A model generated the notes under the pieces. It was not told the origin of the DNA. It searched no databases and worked only from the letters and a program-made list of their open reading frames with translations. 64,000 nt of DNA from Amphiscolops sp. MND2022. Its lineage: Eukaryota. Position numbers and translations under genes: made by a program. Each line of letters starts with the position of its first letter. The stretch's first letter is position 1. This document shows positions 45,754 to 58,706 of this stretch, in pieces. The DNA lies in NCBI GenBank assembly GCA_964187785.1, contig OZ076409.1:22322001-22386000 (forward strand). Reading direction: 5' to 3'.

Positions 45754-46040
45754 TGTGTCTCACCGATAGCAATACTTTTCTAATGGCCGACCAGGCCGCT
45801 CCATCAGCCAAAAAATGATTAAAAAAGGAAAAATTATTATTTCCGGAAGATTTGTGTCTAGCAATTAAAACATACAGGATGCGGGAAAACAAAAACAACA
45901 TGTGAAAATATTTACAAAATGCCAAGGGAAATATTCATCCAAGATACATGTATGCTTTACAATTTTGAACTATAATTTGTTCGAAGTCAATTATTTGAAG
46001 GAATGATTCATCGATTTCAAATAAAATTCCATTCAGAACA
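45754..46040 (-). repeat. BEL/Pao 3' LTR
   Basis: Direct repeat of 52498-52784; minus strand TGTT...CACA. Confidence 0.92.
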
Positions 46041-46148
46041 TAACACCGCCTGCCTCGATTTCGCAGGGAAGAAATTAACAAGAGCGTTGAACACGCAAGC
46101 GCAATAAAATAAGGCACAGTAAAAGATATATAAGGTTAGGGAACAAAT

Positions 46149-49100
46149 TCATTTGAATTCATCATTGAAATTAGCATCAAACATTTTCTTCAATTTATGC
46201 ACCGGTCGATTAAAGATTCCTGTAGCGGTTTTTATTTTTACGACTCTCACAAACTTGTCTGGGCCGGTGTAGACATGTTGGATTTTTGCCAATGGCCACT
46301 GTAGTGGGGGAACATTGTCATCAATTACAAAAACAATATCACCAACTTTCAAAGTAGAAGTTTCTAGTTTCCTTTTATTTCTTTCTTGCAGGGAGAGTAC
46401 ATATTCTTTGACCCATCTTTTCCAAAAATGAGAGACCATTTTCTGTATTTGTATCCATCTTTTTGTGGGTGAATGTGTACTGTCAGGGTTTTTCAAATCA
46501 TCGGTAGTTTGGCTCAAGGGTAGATTCTCCAACTTTCCACCCAAGCAGAAATGAGCAGGAGTTAAGAAAAACTCGTCATTTGGATCTTCTGATAATGGGC
46601 AGATTGGTCTTGAATTCAAAATCATTTCAATTTGACAAAGTAGAGTACATAGTTCTTCAAAGGACAGAAATTTGTTTCCCATAACTTTTCGGAGATGTAT
46701 CTTTGCACACTTGATTGCTGATTCCCATAGGCCACCAAAGTGAGGAGCTCTTGGAGGGATGAAGAACCACTTGATGTGCAAGCCTGCTGCTTCAGCCTGC
46801 AAGGAGTCACAGTGTTATTCCTTAATATCTTTTGCAGGTCTGCTATTTCTTTCTCCGAACCAACAAAATTTTTCCCATCGTCACTATCAAGATTTTTAGG
46901 ACAACCTCTGCGAGAAACGAATCTTCTAATGGCTGCAATACATGCTGCTGTACTAAGATCGGAGACTAGTTCCAGGTGAACTGCTTTACTGGCAAAGCAC
47001 ACGAAAAGTGCTAGGTAGGATTTCTCAAGAGAATTCGGAGATTTCCTACAAAGGAAAGGACCAGCAAAGTCTAGGCCCACGTCCTCAAAGGTTTTTATAG
47101 GAGGGTCAACTCTTGTCTTTGGAAGATCTCCAATCAAGGGGAAAACTGGCTTCGAGTTGAAGCGATTACAATTGACACAATTCATTATCATTTTTCGAAC
47201 CAAATTTCTACAACTGGGAATCCAGAAACGAGTTCTATTGTGAGCAATTGTTTGACTAGTCCCACCATGGAGTGTCAGCTGGTGAGAATTCAATACAATT
47301 AGACGTGCGAGGTGACTGTCTTGAGGAAATAGTCTTTGAAACTTGTTTTCTTCGGGCAACTTTGCATGTACTAATCTTCCTCCGACACAAAGAATGCCAT
47401 TATCGAGAAACGGGTATAATTTGCAGATTTGACTCTTGGGCTTAACTTGTTGTGCAAATTCTAGAGTTCGGATTTCTTCCGAATATCGTTTCATTTGTTC
47501 TTGGCGAATCAAAATTATGATTGACTCTGTTAACTCTGGGGCACTAATGTAACTTGGTGAAACAACCACGTTCTTCTTCAGTTAGTTTGTCAATAAAACG
47601 TCTAGCGTAAGCAAGAATTCGGAGTACTTTGTATAAGGAGTTAAACCTCGACAAATCAATAACATCCTTTTCGGTATCCCTGTGAGCGACAGAGGTTTGA
47701 AGACTGGTAATTCCTGTTGTTAGAGTCTACTTTTTCAACTCTTCAGATGTTTCAACAATTGACAATGTTTTCGGAATTTCCTCTGTTAGTAACCACTTCG
47801 GACCATTCCACCATAGGTCATGTTGGTTCATTTCGTCAGGGTTAATTCCTCGAGATGCAGGATCCGCAGAATTCTCCTTGGAACACACATGATTCCAATT
47901 CAATTTGTTTTCACTTTGAATTTCACTAATTCTGTTTGAAACAAAAGTTGACCAGCAAGATGGTTCTTTTGACAACCAACACAGAACTATTGTTGAATCA
48001 GTCCACGCGAAGGTTTCTTCAATAACAACTGGCGTTTGACCAATAGACTTGATGACAGATTGATATAACCTAGTGCCTAGCAAAGCAGCACATAATTCTA
48101 ATCTTGGAACAGATTGTGTTTTCACGGGGGCTACCTTGGTTTTGGCAACAAGCAGGGATGACTTCCGTCAGCCATGAGAATCTGTGTCAACAATATAAAT
48201 ACAAGCGGCATAAGCCCTTTCTGATGCATCACAGAAGAGATGCAACTCAATCTTGTCCGAGAATCCATCAAGTAATACGAATCGTTGCAATTCCACATCC
48301 TTTAAAGAGATCAATTTCGTCCTCCACTTCAAATATTGGTCGACAAGTTCGGAAGGGAGGTGATCATCCCATGAAATTTTTGCTTCCCAAGCCCTTTGCA
48401 TTAACTGTTTCCAGAAAATGGTAACTGGTGACAACCAACCCAATGGGTCAAAAGTCTTTGAAATGTCACTGAGCATTTGTCTTTTGGTCAAAACCTTTGC
48501 TTTAAAGTTTTCCTTTTCGATGTGGGAAACCTTAAAAACGAAGCGATCTTCGCTGTGTTGCCAAACAATAGCGAGCGTTTTTATTGTATGATCTTTGTCT
48601 AAAAACTCCAAGTTATCATTTGCTTCGCTATTCTCGGGCGGAAGGTCTAAGATAATGCTGGATTCGTTCGAAGTCCACTTGCGGAGATCGAATCTTCCTC
48701 GTTTAAGAGTTTCTACTAATTGCTTTTGGAGTTTTCGAGCTTCATCGATCGAATTGGCTCCAGTGAGAATGTCATCAACATAAAAATCTTTCAATTTAGC
48801 TCTTTGAACCTCAGTGGATACTTCCGACAAATTGGCACATTCTCGCAAAGATCTGATTGAATGATACGATGAGGAAGCTACGCCATATGTAACTCGGGTC
48901 ATGCGTAAGGTTTCAACCGGACCATCAGCTGTAAATCTCCAGAGGATCCGATGAAAGTCTCGATCGGCTTTATCCAGCTCAACTTGCCGATACATCTTCG
49001 CTACATCAGCTGATAAAGCAGTCTTGAAGAAACGGAATCGCACGAGAATATTGAAAAATCATCTTGAAGTTTGGGACCAACTAGCAAACAATCATTAAGT

Positions 49101-51359
49101 GATAAACCCGTTGTCGTTTTAGCACTAGCGTCAAATACAACACGCAATTTGGTGGTTGTACTATCTTCTTTCAGCACGCAATGATGAGGCAAGTAGAAGT
49201 TTGGAGAATTATTATTCTCCCCGGGTTGGACCTTCTCCAAGTGTCCAAGGTCAATGAATTCTTGAATGAAAGCTGAATACTTTCGAAAAAAGGTCGACAT
49301 TATGGCGCAAAATGTATTCGAGACGAATGAAACGCTTCATTGCGTTCGCTTTCGAAAGTCCCAAAATGTGGGGTCCATCTTTAAATGGCATCTGTACTAC
49401 GAAACGGCCGTCTTCATTGCCTTTTGTAGTGCTATCGAAGTGCTCTTCACAACGACGCTCATCCAAAGTTAAGTGTCTGAATTCGGGGACACTTTCTATT
49501 TCCCAAAATTTCAAAAGGAGTTGGCCAGAGTCACAATTCGGAGTGGTAGTCATGTGGGACACAACGTTGTTGCTGCCAGACGAATACACAGGACCAGACA
49601 CAACCCAACCGAATACGGAATCCCGAATGCACAAGCCGTTGTCAATTATTTTATTATCAAGCATAATGTCTTCTATAACATCTGCACCTAGCAAGACATC
49701 AACCTTATTAGGAACGTTGAAAATGGGATCAGGGTATGAGATGAAGATTAACTTCGATAGTATCATTCAACTTCACAGGCAATAAGCCTCGAGTTTTTTG
49801 GAAATGGGAAGAACCCATTGTAGAAACATTTATTTGGCTGCGCTGAGTTGGCAGCATGAGCGCCTTTGCAACATCTTCTGTTACGAAACTGGCTTGTGAA
49901 CCAGAATCTAAGAGAGCCCGCAGCTTGATCGCGTCTCCCGATGAATTCCGAATTGTTACAAGAGATGTAGAAAGAAGAACAGTAATTATTTCATTGTCAG
50001 CACTAAAGTGCCCTGTGGTGAATTGTTTTGTAGACTCCATTTTGTTGGAAGTCGAATTCATACTTGAATAAGTCTTTGTAGAGGTGCGTTGATCAGGGAG
50101 TTGTTTCTGAGGTCGATGAAGCAAGGTGTGATGTTTCATTTTGCACTCACGACAAGTGAACTTTGATGGGCACGCATTAGACGAGTGTCATGATTGGAAG
50201 CAGTTGAAACAGAGCTTTTTGTCTTTTATGAACTTATGTCTATCAGCAAGACACATTCCTTTGAATTGTGAACAAGCGTAAAGGCGATGATCCTCCTGGC
50301 AAGATTCGCACGATGAGCCTTGAACAGCATAATTCTGAACCCTTTTGGTCAGAGTTTGATTCCCTTGGTTACAGGGAGAAGTCACACTTGGTTGCGGTGT
50401 GACCTTTGTGCCACCCGATTCGAGTGCACGGCTTCTTGTGTCAAGGAATTTTGACAATAATTCCCAAGACAAAACGTCAGTGCCAGGATTATCCAGCTGC
50501 CACTGCTTACGTGACTCTGGATCCATCTTGTCCGTCAGAACAAAAACTAAGATTGCATTCCAGTGCTCTACTGGTTGACCAAGTTCAACGAGTGCTCGTA
50601 AATGCTCATTGGTGAGTTCCAGAAATTTTCTCAATCCAAGAGCGGATTCAGTTTTCAAAACCGGCTGCGACCAAATTGCTTGCAAATGAGCTTGAATGAT
50701 GCTCCTTTTATTTTCAAATCGATCTTTCAACAATGCAAAGGCAATATTATAGTTTGCGTCAGTTATCGAGATTGAACTAATGAGTCTCGCTGCTTCACCT
50801 TTCACACAGGCTTTCAAATAGTTCAGCTTCTCTGAATTGGAGAGGTGGGTATTAGGATCGTTGGAGGCCTTGAATAGGTCAAAGAAACTCATCCAGTCAA
50901 GTATGATCCAGTGAATGTTGGTAACTGAAGTTTAGGCAACTTCAATCTACTCGATGTGGCAGAGCTTGATGGAGAAGAGTCTGTTGAAAACTCACGCAGA
51001 GGTCTATCGCGTTCTTTTTTGTAATTCTCAATCAATGCAGACAACCTAGCGATGGTACCACTAGCAGAAACATGAAACTCCGTTTGCTGTTCTAGTTCAT
51101 TAGCTAAATCATCTTCATCTTCTATCAATAATTCAATTTGCGCATCAAACTTATGAATCATTGCAATTCTATCTTGTAATGTCTTCAGCAAAGCTTCACC
51201 TTGAAACAATTTAGTTGAAGAGTCAGTAGCAGTGACCGTAAATTCATCAACTTTCTGTTCCAATCTAGTGAAAGCACATTTGTGACCACCTCGGATGCGA
51301 GTAAGTTTTCTATCTTCAGTGGCTGGTTGTACGGAAGCACTACTTTCAGTTACAGACAT
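46149..51359 (-). pseudogene. pol: BEL/Pao gag-pol, multiple frameshifts and stops
   Basis: LKLPKLQLPTFTG, Cys/His knuckles, LLDSGSQ, YLPHH...KLRVVFDAS, FYVDD, FCDAS, PRLELCAA, GLDFAGP, PHFGGLWE, FWKRWVKEY. Confidence 0.95.
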
Positions 51360-51587
51360 TTTTCAGATTACAATACAACACTATCACGAACAATAAACAA
51401 AGTAAATAATCCTCAAAGTCAAGTCGGATAGGCCACCGTTGAGCTAATCGTTCAGTGACCACACCGAATTCAACTCACAGGGTGAAATAAAAAACTTCTA
51501 ACGTTAAGTTGACTTCAAACTCTGCTCTAAAAGCTTCTTCAATCTTCTTTTCCTTTGAGAAGGTTTCTTGCTGGGACTTCTTGTATT

Positions 51588-52253
51588 TTAGGATAAAGCT
51601 TTAAGATTGTTTCCGTGCTCAAAAACAATGAACAAAGACTTTAATTCAATATCCGCTACTGGATGAAGTCGTGAATATTCATTCAAAAGAGGAATATCAT
51701 TCTGTTTTCTACGAGAAAAAAGGTTTTCTGTGACTCGAATAACAATGAAATCTTGATCACGAAGATCATCAAATGCATGGGGTGCACCAATACGTTCACA
51801 ATAGACTAAGGCTGTTATACGTGATTTATATTTTACCAATTCAGTTGCTAATTCTTTAGGGGTAAGAGCTGTATTGTTATTTGATTTATGGGGAGTCAAG
51901 GAGTTGTTCAGAATGTCATGCCAAATAACTAATTGATTCGTATTTTTAAGAATATCATGATTCAGTAGAAAAGACAATTTGTGCGTATCACTTTGAACAT
52001 AGGGGTTCAAGCTCAAAGAAGGAATGGCTGTGATAAAGTTCCCTAGGGTATTTCGGTTATAAAAATCCAAGTTTTGTAAAGTTCGTTTTAGTGAACTTGC
52101 ACCGATAATATTTATCATGAGTGAAGTTTTCGGTTTGCTAGGGGTAAGCTGAAGGTCGATCAGAGACTTCGTAAAAATGTGACTATCTGTATCCAAAATT
52201 TTAGGAAGTAATAATAAAGGACAAACTATCAGGGGGATCCACAGTTTTTTCAT
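51588..52253 (-). CDS. Extra ORF upstream of BEL gag, SGNH-hydrolase-like
   Basis: Uninterrupted 221 aa between PBS and gag; IIGASS, AIPSLS, IWHDILNNS, YSRLHP in SGNH block order. Confidence 0.65.
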   Translation of the reverse strand: MKKLWIPLIVCPLLLLPKILDTDSHIFTKSLIDLQLTPSKPKTSLMINIIGASSLKRTLQNLDFYNRNTLGNFITAIPSLSLNPYVQSDTHKLSFLLNHDILKNTNQLVIWHDILNNSLTPHKSNNNTALTPKELATELVKYKSRITALVYCERIGAPHAFDDLRDQDFIVIRVTENLFSRRKQNDIPLLNEYSRLHPVADIELKSLFIVFEHGNNLKALS

Positions 52254-52497
52254 CGTCGAAAAAACGATATGCCTTTAAGTTGTAAAATGGAAAGAGCTAA
52301 CCGGGGAATGACGATCAATCGTGGATGAAGCTGAGACTAGCAGGTTGAAGGGTTTGCAAGTTAGTTACTTGGTAATTAGTTACTTGACAATCGAGTGTTA
52401 CTTTTGTAAGGACAACGTTTGGTACAAAGTTCCAAAAAAAGTAGTTTCGTTTCGAAAGTTCAAAGTTCGTGAGTCCGGGGTCTATGGCGGACCAAAA

Positions 52498-52784
52498 TGT
52501 GTCTCACCGATAGCCCTACTTTTCTAATGGCGGACCAGGCCGCTCCATCAGCCAAAAAATGATTAAAAAAGGAAAAAGTATTATTTCCGGAAGATTTGTG
52601 TCTATCAATTAAAACACACAGGATGCGGGAAAACAAAAAACACATGTGAAAATATTTACAAAATGTCGAGGGAAATATTCATCCAAGATACATGTATGCT
52701 TTACAATTTTGAACTATAATTTGTTTGAAGTCAATTATTTGAAGGAATGATTCATCGATTTCAAATAAAATTCCATTCAGAACA
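52498..52784 (-). repeat. BEL/Pao 5' LTR
   Basis: Direct repeat of 45754-46040. Confidence 0.92.
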
Positions 52785-53981
52785 ACACCCATGCGGGTCA
52801 CCGCGATATTTCTGCATCAGTTCACTCCACTGTTCAATAATAGAAACATGTCTGAAATACTCCTGTTAATTCATCGTAAAGCGTGTTCATCATAATTCAT
52901 CAGAAACATATTAACTGTAACATGTTATCGACTTTGACTCTTCTCGGACGATACGTTCTGTTACTTGAGCAAAAGATTACATACAACTATTCGTCTTTGA
53001 ACACAGGCGAAGCTATAGGAGTGCGCCAATCATCAATACATGTAGTTGTTCGCTTCATCTCTATGAAAGCGCTGCTTCGAGAAAAAAATAGGTAAAGACG
53101 TGGCAAAGCCCTGTCTCACTGTTACCAGTCACATTTACGGCTTCTGTAACATTTCAACTTACGAAGAAAAATTAAGAAGTGAATGTTTTTTACAATGCAG
53201 ATGTTCATTCATACGAAACTATTGGAAAATTGTACATGAAATGCATAAAAAATGTAAAAATGTCAAAATTTGACTTTTTATTTTTTTTGAGCATTGCGTT
53301 TTTTGAACATCAGCTTTTGTTTTTGAAAAGCATTCTGAATAGCTTCTGATTTTGTCGAAGAATTTTTGAACTTTTTTTCCTACTTTTTTGGAATTTTTTC
53401 AAAACGAAACTTGCCGGAATTCTCCTCAGAAAAGCATCTGGATAGCTGTTTTTTTTATTCTCAGATTTTGACGGATATTTTATTCAACAAAAGTATTGCT
53501 ACAAACTACAAAAATTGCGTCAGAAAGTTCAAAATTCGAAACTTACCTTTTTCGGTGTCATCTCAGATATTTTGGTCATCATCAAAAAAGTTGAAAAATC
53601 ACTTCAAATACATATTCCACGGAACTAAGCTTGTGGTAGTTGAATTCTGTGGAAGTATCTTTATCATTTGGTAAACATAGATATACATTTGGAGCATGGC
53701 AAATTTTGTTTAGAAAACGCCGCTCAGTTACGTTGTAATTACTCTGTCCAATGTAGAAATTTGGTCTAAAAATAGCCAAATTGTTTTATATAGTTTTGAT
53801 TGAACAGTATTAATAAAATTGACTGATACTGAGTTTAAATTTAGCTGCAGGCAAAAGGTGTGAATATTTTGTCTCTCAATGAGTAAGTGATTACACAATA
53901 TTTGATTCTCTCTGGTTTTAATGTTCAAAGATTAAAAATTCAACACTTATTGTCATAGCATAACATGTTCAAATCTTCCAG

Positions 53982-54962
53982 GATATTTGGAATCAAAAGC
54001 GTCGGAAGTATGTTGGCAACTTGAAAGAGATGGACAATGCGATTGGAGATATAGTGCATCAATTTGTTCAAAAAGGAGTTCTGGACAACACTATAATAGT
54101 TTTCAGTACGGACAATGGGGGTCCCCAGAATGGATTCATGGGTAACTGGGCAAATAACTTTCCCTTGCGGAGTGGGAAAGGCTTTTTCTTTGAGGGCGGT
54201 GCCCGTGGTGCTGCTTTCGTCACGGGGCGTATGTTCCAAAAACGAGCCGGGGAAGTTTCACATGATTTGATGCACATAAGTGATTGGGTGCCGACTCTGG
54301 TTGATGCCGCTGGCGGAGACTCGTCAAAACTGGGTGACATCGATGGACACAGTATGTGGAGTGTATTGACAGAGAAAAACATAGAAAGCCCAAGGAAAGA
54401 AGTTCTCATAAACTCCGATTTATTCCAAGATTCAATTGCATTAAAAGTTGGGAACTTTAAGTACCTGAAAAACCCAAATGATGGTTACGATCAATCATTT
54501 GACAACTGGTTTCAGGCTCCCGGGAAACTTCCTGACACCAATGAAACATTAATAGCTGGTACTACAAAAGCTCAAGTTTACTGTGGACCAATTCCTAACG
54601 ACATAAATCTCTCCTGTTTTTCCCAAACATCAGGCGAAGAAGAATGTATGTTCGATATTGACAAAGATCCTTGCGAGTTTTACAACTTGATTGATGATCC
54701 CAGCTATTCATCCGTAAAAGAACGACTGATGAGTAGGGTGGAATACTGGAAAGGCCAAGAAGTAACACCCTTAAACCCTCCTGTGGATCCGCAAGGAAAT
54801 CCCGCCAACCATGGATACATCTGGAAACCGTGGACTAATGATCCCACAATTCCTCCCAATGCAGACAAAGAGAAAAACGGCAGGTTCAAATGCAAAAACA
54901 AGGCAAAGGACTTAATTGCCGAATATCAAAATCTTGCCAAGTTGCACAAAAACAGTCAATGA
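53982..54962 (+). CDS. ARSB: Arylsulfatase exon 5 (terminal)
   Basis: After cttccAG: DIWNQKRRKYVG...MDNAIG...NTIIVFSTDNGG...NFPLRSGK..FFEGGARG...HISDWVPTL...IDG...MFDIDKDPCE; joined CDS 1692 nt (or 1701) is in frame; AATAAA at 55056. Confidence 0.95.
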   Translation, partial: DIWNQKRRKYVGNLKEMDNAIGDIVHQFVQKGVLDNTIIVFSTDNGGPQNGFMGNWANNFPLRSGKGFFFEGGARGAAFVTGRMFQKRAGEVSHDLMHISDWVPTLVDAAGGDSSKLGDIDGHSMWSVLTEKNIESPRKEVLINSDLFQDSIALKVGNFKYLKNPNDGYDQSFDNWFQAPGKLPDTNETLIAGTTKAQVYCGPIPNDINLSCFSQTSGEEECMFDIDKDPCEFYNLIDDPSYSSVKERLMSRVEYWKGQEVTPLNPPVDPQGNPANHGYIWKPWTNDPTIPPNADKEKNGRFKCKNKAKDLIAEYQNLAKLHKNSQ

Positions 54963-56099
54963 TGATTGCTGCAGTGTCTCAATATAATCGGATCATCCTT
55001 TTTGATGTTCAAAACAAAATATTGTTATCGAGAGAACTCAATTAAACATTTTATAAATAAATTGAACTTCCTCATATCTGAAGTTCTGAAAGAAATCTAA
55101 AACGTCCCCCTCTAGACCAACTGATTTTTTGTAATCAATAAAAGACGAAAGGGTCCTCTTTGGAATACTTTTTTGACATTGTGGCATTTGCTTCAAAAGG
55201 ATACCCTTTGAACATTTTCATATTTTGTAACAGCGTGGAAAAAAAGAACCCGAAGGGTTCACATTTTGATTTATACAATGGATACGTTTTTCAAAATCTC
55301 TAACAAAATTTTTAGCAAGTTTGCACCTGTTGAGTCTTGAGCTGGTGCCGACTTCGACCGTTCACGGCTTCTCTATTCAGAAAAACAAAATAAAACCTAA
55401 CTTCACCAAATTCTAATTTTTTGACAACTTCAGATACAAATTTAACGAAACTAAGCTTTCATCAAATAGATATTACTTGGCTATATTTTGGACTTTTGGA
55501 CCTGGTCGTCAAAATTTCTCGATCGCCTGATTTATGTCTGAATTTAAACCCATCAAAAAATCCTCGAACAAACTGAGAAACTTTGTCAACGTTCCAATGG
55601 AAGTGCAACTGCCAGTTTCTTTTAAAAATGCTTTTCTTTTGTAATTTTCCAAAAAGAGTGAAAAGAGGCATCCATGAATTTGATAGTTTTCACCTTCAAC
55701 TCTTTCAACAAGAAGACAAGATGTTTTGCAGTTTTCCCAGAAGATTCCATCAATATCTTACTAAAATATGACATGTTTACATGTCTCGTCCTGGCTGTAC
55801 TTTCTTTTTCAAATGCTATACTATTCGCAGTGGACTCTTTGTGATAGCGATAATGGAATCCACTTCTTAGTTGCGCTGGAAAAACACTTAGAATATGTAA
55901 AAGTCCTTCTTGGGAGTCACTAAAAAGAGCATTGGTACCGGTAACCACAGCTATTTCTTAAATTTAATAAATAATTCACATCCTTTAGATGTATCATTTG
56001 AGAATCCCGCCCATGATAAGCTTGTCACAAATCGTTGAGAAATGCATTTTTTTCAGACATTTAAACATTTAAAGGTTTTTGTGCAAACTTTGTGCAAAG

Positions 56100-58600
56100 T
56101 TTGAAACGTTTCGAGGGTTACAATGTTAAATGTTCTCAACCACGATTCCAATTGACATCCAGTTTGCTTTTTGGGAGACACATTTGTAGACTTGTGTTTG
56201 GAAAAGGCACAAACTGAACCGAAAGAAGTCGAAATTATCGATATTTTCCAACTTCTGACACTTTAAGTCAATGTTCGTGAGTTATCAAGCTACATATAAC
56301 GCTTTTAGTGCGAAAGTTTATAGTTTCTTAGGTAGAACAAATTCGCAAAATGAAAATCGAAAGTCCAAAACGTTTCAAAATTGAAAGTTTTTTCGTTAGC
56401 TATTCGTAGTTTTGTTTGTTAAAAAAACGAAAACCAACGCGTAATACAATAGGTTTTTTGAAAGACAATTGGAGTTTCATGTTAGAAGAGAGCCTCAAGT
56501 GACCTCCAAGTTATCCAAAAATCTAAAAACTTTACAATTTTTGATTTTTTGATGAAATTTTGAAAGATTCCGTGGATTAAAATAATGAAACTTTTCAAAT
56601 TCAATTTTCCAATGTTCAGTAGGTTTTTTGAGAAATTAAAAACTTTTTTGAATATGCCTCAATTGGTCCCCGAAAAGTCAAAAATCCTGAAGTTTTCCAG
56701 TTCATGAGAATTTTTCATTCAATTAGTGTACAATTTTGTACGTTTTTGATCAAATTTTGTAGAATTTTGAAATGTGTCGAACGTTACAAAAACTATCTAC
56801 AAAGATTGCTGTTGATTTCCGGTCTGCTTTTTAGGAGAAATTTTCGCAGACTTATGTTTGGAAGAAGCTACAAAATAGCCCGCAAAAAAGACGAGACTAT
56901 CAAAAATTTCCAACTCCTGACAGTTTTAGTGATTGTTTATGAGTTGTCAAAGCTTCAGACGATTTATCAAGCGTTGCAGTACGTCTACTTATTTCGAAAG
57001 AATTGTGAATGTAAAATTACTAAAGTCAGTTGCAGTTTCATAGTTTCATGGCAAAGGGAGCCTAAAAACAACGACCACAAAGTTGTGAAAAAACCAAAAA
57101 ATACAAACTTTATTCCACTTTCAATTCCATTCTGACAAGTTTTGTGGAATAAAACTTCGAAACTTCTGATTAACATTTAAATGCAATGTCCAGTAGGCGT
57201 TTTCAAAAAAGGTGTATCTTTTCATAAAGTTATGCCACAAGTTGACCGCCCAAAAGTTGAAAAACACAAAATTTTTCAATTTAACTTGTCTTGCGAGCTA
57301 TTTCAATGCAATATTTGAAAGTTTGTTTGAAAACTAAGTACAAAGAAATTGAAGACGAAGGAACTATCTATGCAGTTTGCTTTTTTGAAAAAAAAAAACG
57401 TTGCAGTGATTTGATGATCCTGATGAGACGGAAAGTAAAAAACTTCAAACATTTCCGAAAACGTTTCGCTGGTTATAATGTTTGAATTGTTGAACAACGA
57501 TTGCAGACGATATCCATTTGGTTTTTTTGAAGAGAAGTTTGCAGCTTTATGTTTGGAAAAATTGACCGAGAATTTGCAAGGTTTCGACAATTTCAGTGAT
57601 TGTTTGCAAGGTAGACAGTTCTATTTGCACCACACAAATGATGAAGCTAAACAGAACGCTTTCTAGAGCAAAAATACGGGGTGTTTTACGTAAAACAATA
57701 TCTCACAAAAATCCAAAAAACTTTAAAATCCAAAACCTTTTCGAACTTCGAGTTTTCTTGTAACTTTCGTAAATATTTCGTACAGTTTCGTTTGTTGGAA
57801 AACTGAAAACGCTCTGCAGCAAACAAAAGCGTGAAACAATAGGCTTTTTGGAAGTGAAGCAGTTCCATGTTAGAGAAGACCAAATGACGAAAAATCATCC
57901 GAAAAAGATTCAAAAATTAGAGACATTTGGTGATTAAAAGTTCCAAAAAGCTCTGAACCTTATACTTAGTTTGGCAAAATACTTTAGTAAAAGAACGTAA
58001 CAGTTTTGTATGGAGATAATACACCAGAATTTACCAAAGTGCTCGAAAAAATTCTGATTAATTTCGTGGGTCAATCAACAACCACTGAACCAATTGGTAT
58101 CCAAAAGGCGTTTTTGACAAGACATCTGCAGTTTGTTAGAAAAATTCATCACGATGGCCGCAAAGTTGACAAAAGATCACAATTTTTGGAATTTTGTCAT
58201 TTTTCAGTGACATAATTCAGCTCTAAGTATATTTGAAATTATAAATTAAAAAGTAGATTTGCTATACGGTTTTATTATTTAAAAAAACTTCGGAATGACG
58301 CAAAAATTTTGTTGTCCGCTCAGCAAATGTTATAAAAAAATTTAAGAAAAAAAACTAGATGATCGTGATGAAATTGTTCAACGATGCTATGGTATTTATC
58401 GAGAACGCTTTTTAGGAGCTATCAGAAGTTTGTTTTAAGAAATAGAACAAACAGTTTAACAAAAATACAAAATTTTCGAGTTGTGAATTTTTTAAAGCAA
58501 TTTTTTGTGCAAAATTTTCGAAAAAATTTCTGAAATTCAAATCTTTAAAGTGCTGACAGTTGGTCAACTTAAATATCCAGTAGTCGTTGTTGTAGAGATA
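56100..58600. repeat. Old, degenerate AT-rich repeat array
   Basis: Recurring diverged motif (ACGATT....GATATCC....GCTTTTT.GGAGA......GCAG.CTT.TGTTTGGAAAA) near 56140, 56800, 57500, 58090, 58380; no credible ORF. Confidence 0.5.
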
Positions 58601-58706
58601 ACAACAGTTTTTGTTAGAATAGGCCACGAATCCAACATGTCACACAACGCTAGTATGTTTTGATAACAGGTACTTGTTGACAGATATCGTCTAAAATTGC
58701 AAGGTT

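Larger units (their letters stand above)
45754..52784 (-). mobile_element. BEL/Pao LTR retrotransposon (7.0 kb), decayed, in intron 4
   Basis: 287-bp LTRs with roughly 10 differences; flanks ACGCC/ACACC (5-bp TSD, 1 mismatch); PBS-like TGGTCC at 52494-52489; BEL-type gag-pol. Confidence 0.95.

Noticed and set aside
55000..58600. Short ORFs downstream of the sulfatase gene
   Set aside because: F/K/L-rich translations of AT-rich degenerate repeats; no coding signal.
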